Assembly: GCA_033762915.1 (NCBI GenBank)
Contig: JANRLD010000104.1
Coordinates: forward strand, 1 to 19,301
DNA: 19,301 nt
Reading direction: 5' to 3'
Source: Meiothermus sp.
GTDB lineage: Bacteria > Deinococcota > Deinococci > Deinococcales > Thermaceae
Part shown: positions 1-7,598 of the stretch, piece by piece
Numbering within the stretch: position 1 is the stretch's first letter
Layout: each line of letters begins with the position of its first letter
The notes under the pieces: model-generated
The model's database searches: none
The model's input: the letters and a program-made list of their open reading frames with translations, nothing else
Told to the model about the DNA's origin: nothing
Program-made: the position numbers and the translations under genes

Positions 1-136
1 CCTCGGCTGGGTTCCCCCATTCGGACACCCCGGCCTCAATGGCTACTACCGCCTCCGCCGAGCTTTTCGCAGGTATTCGCGTCCTTCTTCGGTTCAGGTG
101 CCAGGGCATCCACCGTGTGCCCGTCCTATCTTGACC
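1..136 (-). rRNA. rrl: 23S rRNA, 5' end (continues off the left edge of the window)
   Basis: The reverse complement reads GGTCAAGATAGGACGGGCACACGGTGGATGCCCTGGCACC...GAAGAAGGACGCG...CTGCGAAAAGC...CCGAATGGGGGAACCC, the conserved 23S 5' motifs. The GGTCAAGAT start is Thermus-like. Confidence 0.97.
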
Positions 137-298
137 TTCATTACCAGAGGCGAAGGCCGAAGCCCCCGCCAAGAGGTCTTATCACTTACTCCAGGGTACA
201 CAGACAAACCGTAAGATTTGCCCTCCTGGAGCCTCTTCCCCAACTGCTGCCACCCTGTCATTGTGCCCGCGCCACCGGCTTTACCCGTTTGAGGCGCA
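137..298 (-). other. structured pre-23S leader (no 16S or tRNA)
   Basis: Hairpin GGCGGGGGC-UUCG-GCCUUCGCC (170-149). Nested stems AAGAGG/CCTCTT (171-176/232-237) and CTCCAGG/CCTGGAG (189-195/225-231). Confidence 0.7.
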
Positions 299-304
299 AC
301 GAAG

Positions 305-333
305 AGAGTACCGAATACTTTGAAATCTGTCAA
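305..333 (-). promoter_or_regulatory. sigma70/sigmaA promoter of the 23S rRNA transcription unit
   Basis: Minus strand: TTGACA (333-328), 17 bp spacer, TACTCT (310-305). This lies about 165 nt upstream of the mature 23S 5' end. Confidence 0.88.
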
Positions 334-448
334 CACCTATGTGACCCTCCCCTGAACATTGGCTGACTCGAGCCGCCCCAACCCCCAAGGAACAAGCCAC
401 GAGCGCATTACTTTTCGGCCGGACCCGACCCCATACCATGACCCAGAC

Positions 449-1288
449 ATGTCCACCCTCGAGTTACTCGAGCAGCACCGCCGCAATACCTTCAAGCCCG
501 GCAAGGTCGAGACGCTGAGCCAGGCCGTCAAGTTCGTGAACGAGCGGGGTCTAGTGTTCTTTTGGCCGATCCAGGGCTTCACCCTGCCCAGCCTGTGGGT
601 CTCGGTGGCGGGCTTCCGGCCTGTGCCCAGCAACCAGAGCGACCCTGCGCACATCACCTGGGGCTGGAAAGATCATATGCTGGGCGAGAAGAAGTGGTTT
701 TACGCCAAAGTGCTGCGCCGTAAGGGTACCTTGATTGCCCTCGAGCTCGCCCCCTACTTCTACGCCCTATCGCACAACTACGGCGAGCCGGAGAGCGACT
801 ACCTGGCCCAGTTCGGCGAGGGCAGGATGACCCCCGAGGCCAAGCGGGTCTACGAGGTGCTGCTGGCGGAGGGCCCGCTGCACACCCAGGCCCTGCGCAA
901 GAAGGCCGGGCTGAGGAAGGACATGTACCGCTTCGGCAAGGCCCTCGAGGAACTCCAGGCCGACTTCAAGGTGATGCCGGTGAAGGTGGTGGAGGCCGGC
1001 CGCTGGGGCTACGCGCACCAGTACGAGTGCGTCCACCGGCACCACCCCGAGTTTCTGACCAAGGCTAGCAAGATCGGGAGTTTGGAGGCGAGGGCCCGGA
1101 TACTCCGGAACTACTTCGCCTCGGTTGGCGCGGCGACCTTGGGCGAGGTGCGAAAGCTTTTTGGCTGGGACCTGGACGACAGCCTGGAGGCGCTCGAGCA
1201 GCTGATGGGCGAACAGAACATTGTTGGCCGGGATGCGCCGAAAAACGATAGCGCGTACGTGTTGAAAGGGTTGGTTCCGACGGACTGA
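449..1288 (+). CDS. winged-helix DNA-binding protein, AlkZ/YcaQ (HTH_42) crosslink-repair glycosylase-like
   Basis: ORF 359..1288; ATG 449 preferred (TACCAT at 434-439 upstream). Family-like motifs: FVNERGLVFFWP..LPSLW, WGWKD...WFYAKVLRRKGT, GPLHTQALR, and C-terminal YFASVGAATLGEVRKLFGW. Confidence 0.6.
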   Translation: MSTLELLEQHRRNTFKPGKVETLSQAVKFVNERGLVFFWPIQGFTLPSLWVSVAGFRPVPSNQSDPAHITWGWKDHMLGEKKWFYAKVLRRKGTLIALELAPYFYALSHNYGEPESDYLAQFGEGRMTPEAKRVYEVLLAEGPLHTQALRKKAGLRKDMYRFGKALEELQADFKVMPVKVVEAGRWGYAHQYECVHRHHPEFLTKASKIGSLEARARILRNYFASVGAATLGEVRKLFGWDLDDSLEALEQLMGEQNIVGRDAPKNDSAYVLKGLVPTD

Positions 1289-1440
1289 TCGCCCTGGAAA
1301 CGTGCCCCGGCGCAACAGACGAACGCACGGGCAACTCCCTCCGGGCGTTTCGGAGCGGCATCCCGCACTTCAACCGTGCAGTCACCCAGATCGCAAGCCG
1401 ACGGGCCCCTTGGGTCCCCTGGTTTCGGCCTCTTTCTCGC

Positions 1441-3081
1441 TCACAGCGTCGCCAGATACCGGTGCACGAACTGCACCGCGATGCTGCCCTCCCCCACCGC
1501 GCTGGCGACGCGCTTGACCGACTCGTGACGCACGTCGCCCGCCGCGAAGACGCCGGGGACGCTGGTCTCGAGCAAGAAGGGGTCGCGCTCGAGCCGCCAC
1601 ACCCCCTTGGGCAGGTCCGAGCCAGTGGGGACGAAGCCCTTGTCGTCGCGCAGCACCGCGCCCTCAAGCCAGTCGGTGTAGGGCATGGCCCCGATGAAGA
1701 TGAACAGGGCACCTGCCTCGACCCGCTCGGTCTGGCCCCCTTGGGTTTCCGCCAAGGTTAGGGCCTCGAGGTGGTCGGCGCCATGGACGGCTACCACCTG
1801 GGTGCAGGTGTGCAGCCGGATGTTGGGCGTGGCGGCAATCTGCTCGATCAGGTACTGCGACATGGTGGCGGCCAGGCCGGTGCCGCGCACCAGGATGTGT
1901 ACACTGCGGGCGAACTGGCTGAGGTACATGGCGGCCTGCCCCGCCGAGTTGCCGCCACCCACGATATAGACGTCCTCGTTCTGGCAGGCCTGGGCCTCGG
2001 TGATGGCCGCGCCGTAGTAGACTCCCGCGCCGGTCAGCCTGTCCGCGCCCTCGAGCTGCAGCTTCCGATAGTTCACCCCCGTCGCCACCAGCAGCGCGTG
2101 GCAGGAAATTTCCGCGCCGTCCTCGAGGGTCAGAATCCGGTACTGCCCGTCTACCCGCAGGCCCTTAACCGAGGCCGGGGTGAGGATCTCCGCGCCAAAC
2201 TTTTTGGCCTGCGCCACCCCGCGCCGGGCCAGGTCCCCGCCGGAGAGACCGGAGGGAAAACCCAGGTAGTTCTCGATGCGCGAGCTGGTGCCGGCCTGAC
2301 CGCCGGGGGCCTCGCGCTCGATCATCAGCACCTTCAGGCCCTCGGACGCGCCGTAGACCGCCGCCGCCAGCCCAGCGGGGCCGCCGCCCACAATGGCGAG
2401 GTCGTAGAACGGACTGATGGCCTGGGTCTTGAGGCCGACCCCCTGGGCCACCTGGGCCACGCTGGGTCTCTCGAGGCGGCTCCCGTCCGGCAGGATCACC
2501 ACCGGCAGGCGCACCTCGCCCAGCTTGGCCAGCAACTCCTGGGCCTCGGGGCTGGTTTGCAAATCGAGGTTTTGGAAAGGACCGTGGTTGCGCGCCAGGA
2601 AGTCTTTGAGGTTATGAAACTCCGGCTGCCAGCGGCTGCCCAGCAGCCGCACGCCCTCGAACGGGGGGCGATACCCGGCCCGCCAGTCCTCGAGCAGGTC
2701 GTCCAAGACCGGGTAGAGCTGGGTCTCGGGCGGGTCCCAGGGCTTCATCAGGTAGTAGTCGATGCGCACCTTGTTGATGGCCCGGATGGCGGCCTCGGTG
2801 TCGGCGTAGGCGGTCAGCAGGGCACGCTTGGCGTCGGGGCAGAGGGCCTTGGAGCGCTCCAAGAACTCCACCCCGTCCATCTGGGGCATGCGGTGGTCGG
2901 ACAGGAGCAGCGCCACCGCGTCGCCGCGCTCCTTGAGCTGGGCTAAGGCCTCGAGCGCCTCCATGCCCGAGCTGGCCCGCACGATGCGGTAGTCGGCCCC
3001 GTACTTACGCCGCAGGTCTTGGGCGATAGCGGCCAGCACCTGCGCGTCGTCGTCAATGGTCATGATGACCGGCTTGGCCAT
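1441..3081 (-). CDS. response-regulator receiver / thioredoxin reductase-like FAD-dependent oxidoreductase fusion
   Basis: Real start is MAKPVIMTIDDD (3081). Receiver motifs DDD, SDHRMP, LLTAY, KPW. TrxB-like motifs GGGPAGLAAA, IENYLGF, ATG, GGGNSA, ETSVPGVFAAGDV, AVGEG. Confidence 0.92.
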   Translation of the reverse strand: MAKPVIMTIDDDAQVLAAIAQDLRRKYGADYRIVRASSGMEALEALAQLKERGDAVALLLSDHRMPQMDGVEFLERSKALCPDAKRALLTAYADTEAAIRAINKVRIDYYLMKPWDPPETQLYPVLDDLLEDWRAGYRPPFEGVRLLGSRWQPEFHNLKDFLARNHGPFQNLDLQTSPEAQELLAKLGEVRLPVVILPDGSRLERPSVAQVAQGVGLKTQAISPFYDLAIVGGGPAGLAAAVYGASEGLKVLMIEREAPGGQAGTSSRIENYLGFPSGLSGGDLARRGVAQAKKFGAEILTPASVKGLRVDGQYRILTLEDGAEISCHALLVATGVNYRKLQLEGADRLTGAGVYYGAAITEAQACQNEDVYIVGGGNSAGQAAMYLSQFARSVHILVRGTGLAATMSQYLIEQIAATPNIRLHTCTQVVAVHGADHLEALTLAETQGGQTERVEAGALFIFIGAMPYTDWLEGAVLRDDKGFVPTGSDLPKGVWRLERDPFLLETSVPGVFAAGDVRHESVKRVASAVGEGSIAVQFVHRYLATL

Positions 3082-3120
3082 AGGCCAATTCTTACCGGTT
3101 TGGCCGACTTGGGAATGTGA

Positions 3121-3179
3121 TGCTCGAGCGAAGACGAGCCGGGGTTGCTCGAGCGTAGACCAGCCGGGGTTGCTCGAGG
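3121..3179. repeat. 25-bp tandem repeat (about 2.3 copies) anchored on CTCGAG
   Basis: TGCTCGAGCGAAGACGAGCCGGGGT (3121-3145), TGCTCGAGCGTAGACCAGCCGGGGT (3146-3170), TGCTCGAG (3171-3178). Confidence 0.85.
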
Positions 3180-3800
3180 CTACAACGGGTCGGGCAGCCC
3201 GACGCCCAGCCAGCGGCTCGAGAACCGCAGCCCAATCGTCACCGCTGCGCCCAGCAGCACCGCCAGCGCCGAGAGCTGGGGGAACAGCGAGTAGACCAAA
3301 AAGACCGCCACCGCCCCGCCCGCCGCCGCCGAGGCGTAGAGGTCGCGGTTGCGGTAGAAGATGCCCGGCACCTCGCCCGCCAGGATGTCGCGCAGTACCC
3401 CGCCCCCCACCCCCGAGACCGTCCCCACAAAGACACAGCCCCAAAAGCCCAGCCCGGTCACCAGCCCGCGCTCGGCCCCCAGTGCGGCGAACAAACCCAA
3501 CGCCACAGTGTCCACATAGTAGATGGGGCGCTCGAGCCGAGATATGCGGCTCGAGAAGCGCCAGACCAGGAGCGCCACCGCAAACACCACCCATAAGACA
3601 GCCTCGTTCCTGAGCGAGGCGGGCGGCAGAATCCCCACCACGATGTCGCGAATGGCCCCGCCCCCCACCGCCGTCACCCCCGCCAGCACCAGCACCCCCA
3701 CCAGGTCGAAGCGCTTCTGCACCCCCAAGAGCGCCCCCGACAGCGCGAAGGCGATGGTTCCGGCCCAACTGACGGCGGCGATGAAGGTCAGGTAGTCCAT
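3180..3800 (-). CDS. trimeric intracellular cation channel family / UPF0126 (YadS-like) membrane protein
   Basis: Start MDYLTF. Internally duplicated motifs GTIAFALSGA...FDLVG...TAVGGGAIRD and GLFAALGA...SGVGGGVLRD, plus DLYA; hydrophobic throughout. Confidence 0.9.
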   Translation of the reverse strand: MDYLTFIAAVSWAGTIAFALSGALLGVQKRFDLVGVLVLAGVTAVGGGAIRDIVVGILPPASLRNEAVLWVVFAVALLVWRFSSRISRLERPIYYVDTVALGLFAALGAERGLVTGLGFWGCVFVGTVSGVGGGVLRDILAGEVPGIFYRNRDLYASAAAGGAVAVFLVYSLFPQLSALAVLLGAAVTIGLRFSSRWLGVGLPDPL

Positions 3801-3804
3801 GCCC

Positions 3805-4278
3805 TTAGCTGACGGCCTCCAGCTCCTCAAGGTATACCATCGCCCGGCACTGGGCGTGATCCAGCGCTAGGCCCTCCGAGGTCTTGAAGGTGATGCCGAT
3901 CCGATCCGGCGGCAGGGCGGTGAGCTTGGCGATCTGTGCCTGGATGGCCTCGCGGTAGGGACCGAGTTTGGGGCGGTCGAGCATGACCACGATGGAGGCT
4001 TGGCGCAACTGCCAGCCCTTCTCGCGAATTTTATTCAGCACCAGCTCGAGAATGATCCGGCTCTCGAGGCCCTTCCACTTGGGGTCGGTGTCGGGGAACA
4101 GCGAGCCGATGTCTCCCATCGCAAAGGCCGACAGCAGCGCGTCCGACAGCGCGTGCAGTATGACGTCGCCGTCGGAGTGGGCCACCGCGCCCCGGTCGCT
4201 CTCAACCTGCACACCGCCCAGCCAGAGTTCGCGCCCCGGTGCCAGGCGGTGGGAGTCTTCGCCATAACCAATCCGCAT
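3805..4278 (-). CDS. ispF: 2-C-methyl-D-erythritol 2,4-cyclodiphosphate synthase
   Basis: MRIGYGEDSH, HSDGDVILHALSDALL, GDIGSLFPDTDPKWKG, KTSEGL signatures. Confidence 0.97.
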   Translation of the reverse strand: MRIGYGEDSHRLAPGRELWLGGVQVESDRGAVAHSDGDVILHALSDALLSAFAMGDIGSLFPDTDPKWKGLESRIILELVLNKIREKGWQLRQASIVVMLDRPKLGPYREAIQAQIAKLTALPPDRIGITFKTSEGLALDHAQCRAMVYLEELEAVS

Positions 4279-4381
4279 ACGGGGCTTATTTTCGCGGTTG
4301 GGAGGGGCTCGAGTCTAGTGCCACGTTGCGGCTTCCGTTCCCTCCCTTGCGCTTTACTCATCAAATCTCGACAATAAAGGC

Positions 4382-4942
4382 ATGGCGATCTACATGGTCT
4401 ACGAGGACGCGCTGGCGTTGATGAAGCGGTTCACCCCCAGCGAGAGCTTGCAACGGCACATGATGTCGGTGGAAGCGGGGATGCGGGCCTACGCCCAGAG
4501 GTTCGGTGAGCCCGAGGAGAAGTGGGCCATCGTGGGCATTTTGCACGACTTCGACTACGAGCAGATGCCCGACACCCACCCCCACAAGGGCGTGCAGATG
4601 CTGCGCGAGATGGGCTACCACCAGGACGTGCTGGACGCCATCATGGGCCATGCCGACCTGCCGGAGTTTCCTCGAGAGACCCTGATGGCCAAGACCCTTT
4701 TCGCGGTGGATGAGCTGACCGGGCTCATCACGGCGGCGGTTTACGTGCGCCCGGACAAGAATATCGCAGGACTCGAGCTCGACAGCCTGAAGAAGAAGTT
4801 CAGGGACAAGGCCTTCGCGGCCCGCGTGGACCGCGAGGGCATCGAGCGGGGCGCGGCAGAGCTGGGCGTCCCGCTGGACGAGCACATGCAGTTCGTGCTC
4901 GACGCCATGAAGGCTGACGCCAAGCGGCTTGGGCTGGGATAG
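4382..4942 (+). CDS. HD/HDIG-domain metal-dependent phosphohydrolase
   Basis: H...GILHDFDYE...H..H...H...AVDELTG, KKFRDKAFA. Candidate promoter TTGCGC-17-GACAAT with the -10 box 6 nt before the ATG. Confidence 0.9.
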   Translation: MAIYMVYEDALALMKRFTPSESLQRHMMSVEAGMRAYAQRFGEPEEKWAIVGILHDFDYEQMPDTHPHKGVQMLREMGYHQDVLDAIMGHADLPEFPRETLMAKTLFAVDELTGLITAAVYVRPDKNIAGLELDSLKKKFRDKAFAARVDREGIERGAAELGVPLDEHMQFVLDAMKADAKRLGLG

Positions 4943-4951
4943 GGTTGAAGG

Positions 4952-5296
4952 TTGAGTCAGTTTCTCCTCAAGGCGGTGGTCTCGGGGCTGCTGATCGCCC
5001 TGATTAACCTGGTCGCGCAGCGCTACCCCGGCCTGGGCGGCTGGGTGGCCTCGCTGCCCATCATCACCGGCCTCTCAGTCTTGTGGCTGGTCTACGACCG
5101 CAGGCCCGGCCCGGAGATCGGCCAGATGCTGTTCGGGGTGCTGTGGGGCCTGATTCCCACCGCGGTGTGGGTGCTGCTGACGGCCTTTCTGCTGACTCGA
5201 GGTCAGCCGCTGTGGCTCTCGGTGCTGGCGGGCCTGGCGGGCTGGGCGCTGCTGACCCTGCTGGTGCTGCGCCTGGGCCTAATCCGGCTGGGCTGA
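4952..5296 (+). CDS. small membrane protein, DUF3147-like
   Basis: About 4 hydrophobic segments and the motif K..VSGL.....YPGLGGWVASLP. TTG start 9 nt after the HD gene. Confidence 0.7.
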   Translation: MSQFLLKAVVSGLLIALINLVAQRYPGLGGWVASLPIITGLSVLWLVYDRRPGPEIGQMLFGVLWGLIPTAVWVLLTAFLLTRGQPLWLSVLAGLAGWALLTLLVLRLGLIRLG

Positions 5297-5324
5297 CGTT
5301 CTGCCCACAACATATAATGGCCGC

Positions 5325-5711
5325 ATGAGACCCCACACCCCCGAGGCGCTGTTCGCGGGCTGGCCGCAGGGGGCCGCCGAGCTGGCCTCGAGGCTGCGGG
5401 CGGTGGTGCTCGAGAGCTGCCCAGACGCCACCGAGCGGGTCTACCGGGGCTGGAACATCGTCGGCTACAGCCTCGACAAGCACCCCACCTGGCACATGTT
5501 CTGCTACCTCGGCCTGTCCAAGGGCAAGGTCGCCCTCGGCTTCAACGAGGGCGTCGTCCTCCCCGACCCCCAGAAGCTGCTGCGCGGCAGGGCCAAGCGC
5601 GCCCGCAGCCTGCTCCTGAAGCCGGATGAGCCCATCCACGAAGCCGTGCACGAACTGGTGACCGCCGCCTACCACTACGCCCTGTTTCAGCGGGAAGGCC
5701 GGGGCGGATAA
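5325..5711 (+). CDS. DUF1801 (YdhG-like) domain protein
   Basis: LRAVVLESCPDATERVYRGW..GY...FCY...VALGFNEGVVLPDPQKLLRG. TATAAT (5313-5318) lies 6 nt before the ATG. Confidence 0.8.
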   Translation: MRPHTPEALFAGWPQGAAELASRLRAVVLESCPDATERVYRGWNIVGYSLDKHPTWHMFCYLGLSKGKVALGFNEGVVLPDPQKLLRGRAKRARSLLLKPDEPIHEAVHELVTAAYHYALFQREGRGG

Positions 5712-5864
5712 GCAGCTCGGGCCCCCCGCCACCTTACCCGGCCGCGGTTATCCCAATCTCCGGCCCGAAGGAACTACACGGGCCGTACACGGGCGCGCTC
5801 GAGATGAGGGTGGTTTTTGGTGGGGTGGGGACTCGAGCCACACCTGAACAGCCGGAACCCATCT

Positions 5865-6175
5865 AGGTGTCTCCATAGCTGGGATGCGAAAGGCCACCCG
5901 GCTGCCCGTTAGGGAATTGTGCCTCTAAGCCGCTCACTGACCCTGTCGCTAGGAGGGTTTCGCAAACTTAGAGCGGTTGCCACGCCTACTCACTACGGCG
6001 CTAAAGCGGGCGCTTTTTGCTATAGAGCGGTTCCCACACATTCTCCCTACAGCGGTTTTTGCTGTAGGGAGTACATTACCTGCCGCCGCGAGGGAGGTAA
6101 TGGTGGGAACCGCGATAGGGAGTACATTCCCTGTCGCCGCGAGGGAGGCAATGGTAGAAAACGCGATCACTGTTG
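5865..6175 (+). repeat. left arm of a degenerate inverted non-coding repeat (REP/MITE-like core 6023-6117, internal tandem duplications)
   Basis: Core TAGAGCGGTTCCCAC...GTGGGAACCGCGATA with 11-bp perfect inverted ends. 51-bp tandem pair 6065-6115/6116-6166. Degenerate 54-bp pre-copy 5969-6022. Confidence 0.8.
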
Positions 6176-6282
6176 CGCAACTTAGGTCTTCGTCTCTCAG
6201 CTCCCCAGGTTCGACCTGTCTTCCCAAACCTATCTATGGTTTTGAACCTGGTGTAAGATTTCAGCTCACAAGGAGAAAAATC

Positions 6283-7128
6283 ATGTTCGAGCCGGGTTTG
6301 CTCAAGGACAAAGTGGTGCTGGTGACGGGCGGTGGGACGGGCCTGGGGCGCTCGATGGCAACGCGCTTCGGGCAGTTGGGGGCCAAAATCGCCATCACCA
6401 GTCGCAAGCAGGAGGTTATCGAGAAAGCCGCCCTCGAGATGGGCGCCGAAACCGGGGCCGAGGTCTTCGCCGTGGGCTGCGATGTGCGCGACCCCGAAGC
6501 GGTGAAGGCCATGGTTGATGCGGTGGAGCAAAGGTTTGGGCGGGTCGACGTGCTCCTGAACAACGCGGCGGGCAACTTCATCTCCCCCACCGAGCGGCTA
6601 TCCCACCGGGCCTTCGACACCGTGCTGGGCATCGTGCTGCACGGCACCGTTTACTGCACTCTCGAGGTCGGCAAACGCTGGATCGCGGCCAAGCAGAAGG
6701 GCACCATGCTCAACATCGCCACCACCTACGCCCAGTCCGGCTCGGGTTATGTGGTGCCCTCGGCGGTGGCCAAGTCGGGCGTGGTCACGCTCACCAAGTC
6801 ACTGGCGGCCGAGTGGGGCAAGTACGGCATCCGCCTCAACGCCATCGCGCCCGGCCCCTTCCCCACCGAGGGGGCCTGGACTCGCCTGATGCCCACGCCA
6901 GAGATCGCCGAGATGTTCGAGAAGAAGATACCCCTCGGGCGCGTCGGCCAGCACATCGAACTGGCCAACCTGGCCTCCTACCTGATCTCCGACTATGCCG
7001 CCTTCATCACCGGCGACATTGTCACCATAGATGGCGGCGAGACGGTCTGGAACGCGGGCGAGTTCAACGTGCTCGACGCGGTCACCAAGGACCAGTGGGA
7101 CGCCCTCGAGGCGATGCGGAGGCGGTAA
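6283..7128 (+). CDS. SDR family oxidoreductase, 2,4-dienoyl-CoA reductase (DECR-type)-like
   Basis: RBS AAGGAG before ATG 6283. Motifs TGGGTGLG, NNAAGNFISPTERLS, SAVAKSG (no YxxxK Tyr, as in DECR), EWGKYGIRLNAIAPGP, IDGG. Confidence 0.9.
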   Translation: MFEPGLLKDKVVLVTGGGTGLGRSMATRFGQLGAKIAITSRKQEVIEKAALEMGAETGAEVFAVGCDVRDPEAVKAMVDAVEQRFGRVDVLLNNAAGNFISPTERLSHRAFDTVLGIVLHGTVYCTLEVGKRWIAAKQKGTMLNIATTYAQSGSGYVVPSAVAKSGVVTLTKSLAAEWGKYGIRLNAIAPGPFPTEGAWTRLMPTPEIAEMFEKKIPLGRVGQHIELANLASYLISDYAAFITGDIVTIDGGETVWNAGEFNVLDAVTKDQWDALEAMRRR

Positions 7129-7144
7129 AGGCGGCGAGGGTGAA

Positions 7145-7376
7145 ACAGTAGCGGTTGAACTCATCGCGGTTCCCACCAACACTCGGTACGGCAAAAACTG
7201 CTTTAGGGAGTATGCGTGGGAACCGCTCTTAGGGAGTGATTTTGCCGATCAGGGCGGCAGGCGTGGGCCTGATCGCCCCGCTAAGCACCAGGGTGGAAGT
7301 GCGTAATCGGCAGATGCGGTAGACGTGGCCAGCACAATTCCCTGCGGGGTTGGCGGCATCTTTCTATGCAGACACT
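7145..7376 (-). repeat. right arm of the inverted repeat (core 7163-7231)
   Basis: The reverse complement of 7163-7231 aligns with 6023-6116 apart from a missing ~26-nt internal hairpin. Outer blocks GCACAATTCCCT (7332-7343) and CTATGCAGACAC (7364-7375) mirror 5911-5922 and 5867-5878. Confidence 0.78.
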
Positions 7377-7598
7377 TGGTGCGATCTGCACAACCTGGGC
7401 AGAGTCGGCTTTGGCCTTCTGCCCGCACTCCTCGGCGGTGTTGGTCGGGATTGAGGCCGAAGACTTCCGCATCTGGGGCACCCTACCCAACGGCCCCTCC
7501 CATCCCCGGGAAACAGCCACGCCTCGAATCCAGTCGGCTGTAGGCGCTTTTCGGCGGTTTTTTTGCCGCAATTCGCCCCGCGCCGCCCCTACCCGCCT

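Noticed and set aside
137..300. Possible spacer tRNA upstream of 23S
   Set aside because: No TTCRA T-loop or cloverleaf with acceptor stem found; only leader hairpins.
94..366. ORFs 94..336(-) and 115..366(+)
   Set aside because: They overlap the 23S rRNA, its leader and its promoter, and show no protein motifs.
3082..3768. 228-aa N-terminal extension of the receiver-TrxB ORF
   Set aside because: Gly/Arg-rich off-frame read of the UPF0126 gene. The domain begins at ATG 3081.
5849..5904. Riboswitch-like fold CAGCCGG...CCGGCTG containing GGGATGCGAAAGGCC
   Set aside because: Superficially like c-di-GMP-I, but the GCAAAC/GAAA tetraloop-receptor elements are missing. An Rfam cmscan would be needed to support it.
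5969..6166. Possible CRISPR array (also 3121-3179)
   Set aside because: Units are head-to-tail duplications without unique spacers, only 2-3 copies, and no cas genes are present.
5977..6282. N-terminal extension of the SDR ORF with a 17-aa repeat
   Set aside because: It is a translation of the 51-bp DNA repeat. A strong RBS marks ATG 6283.
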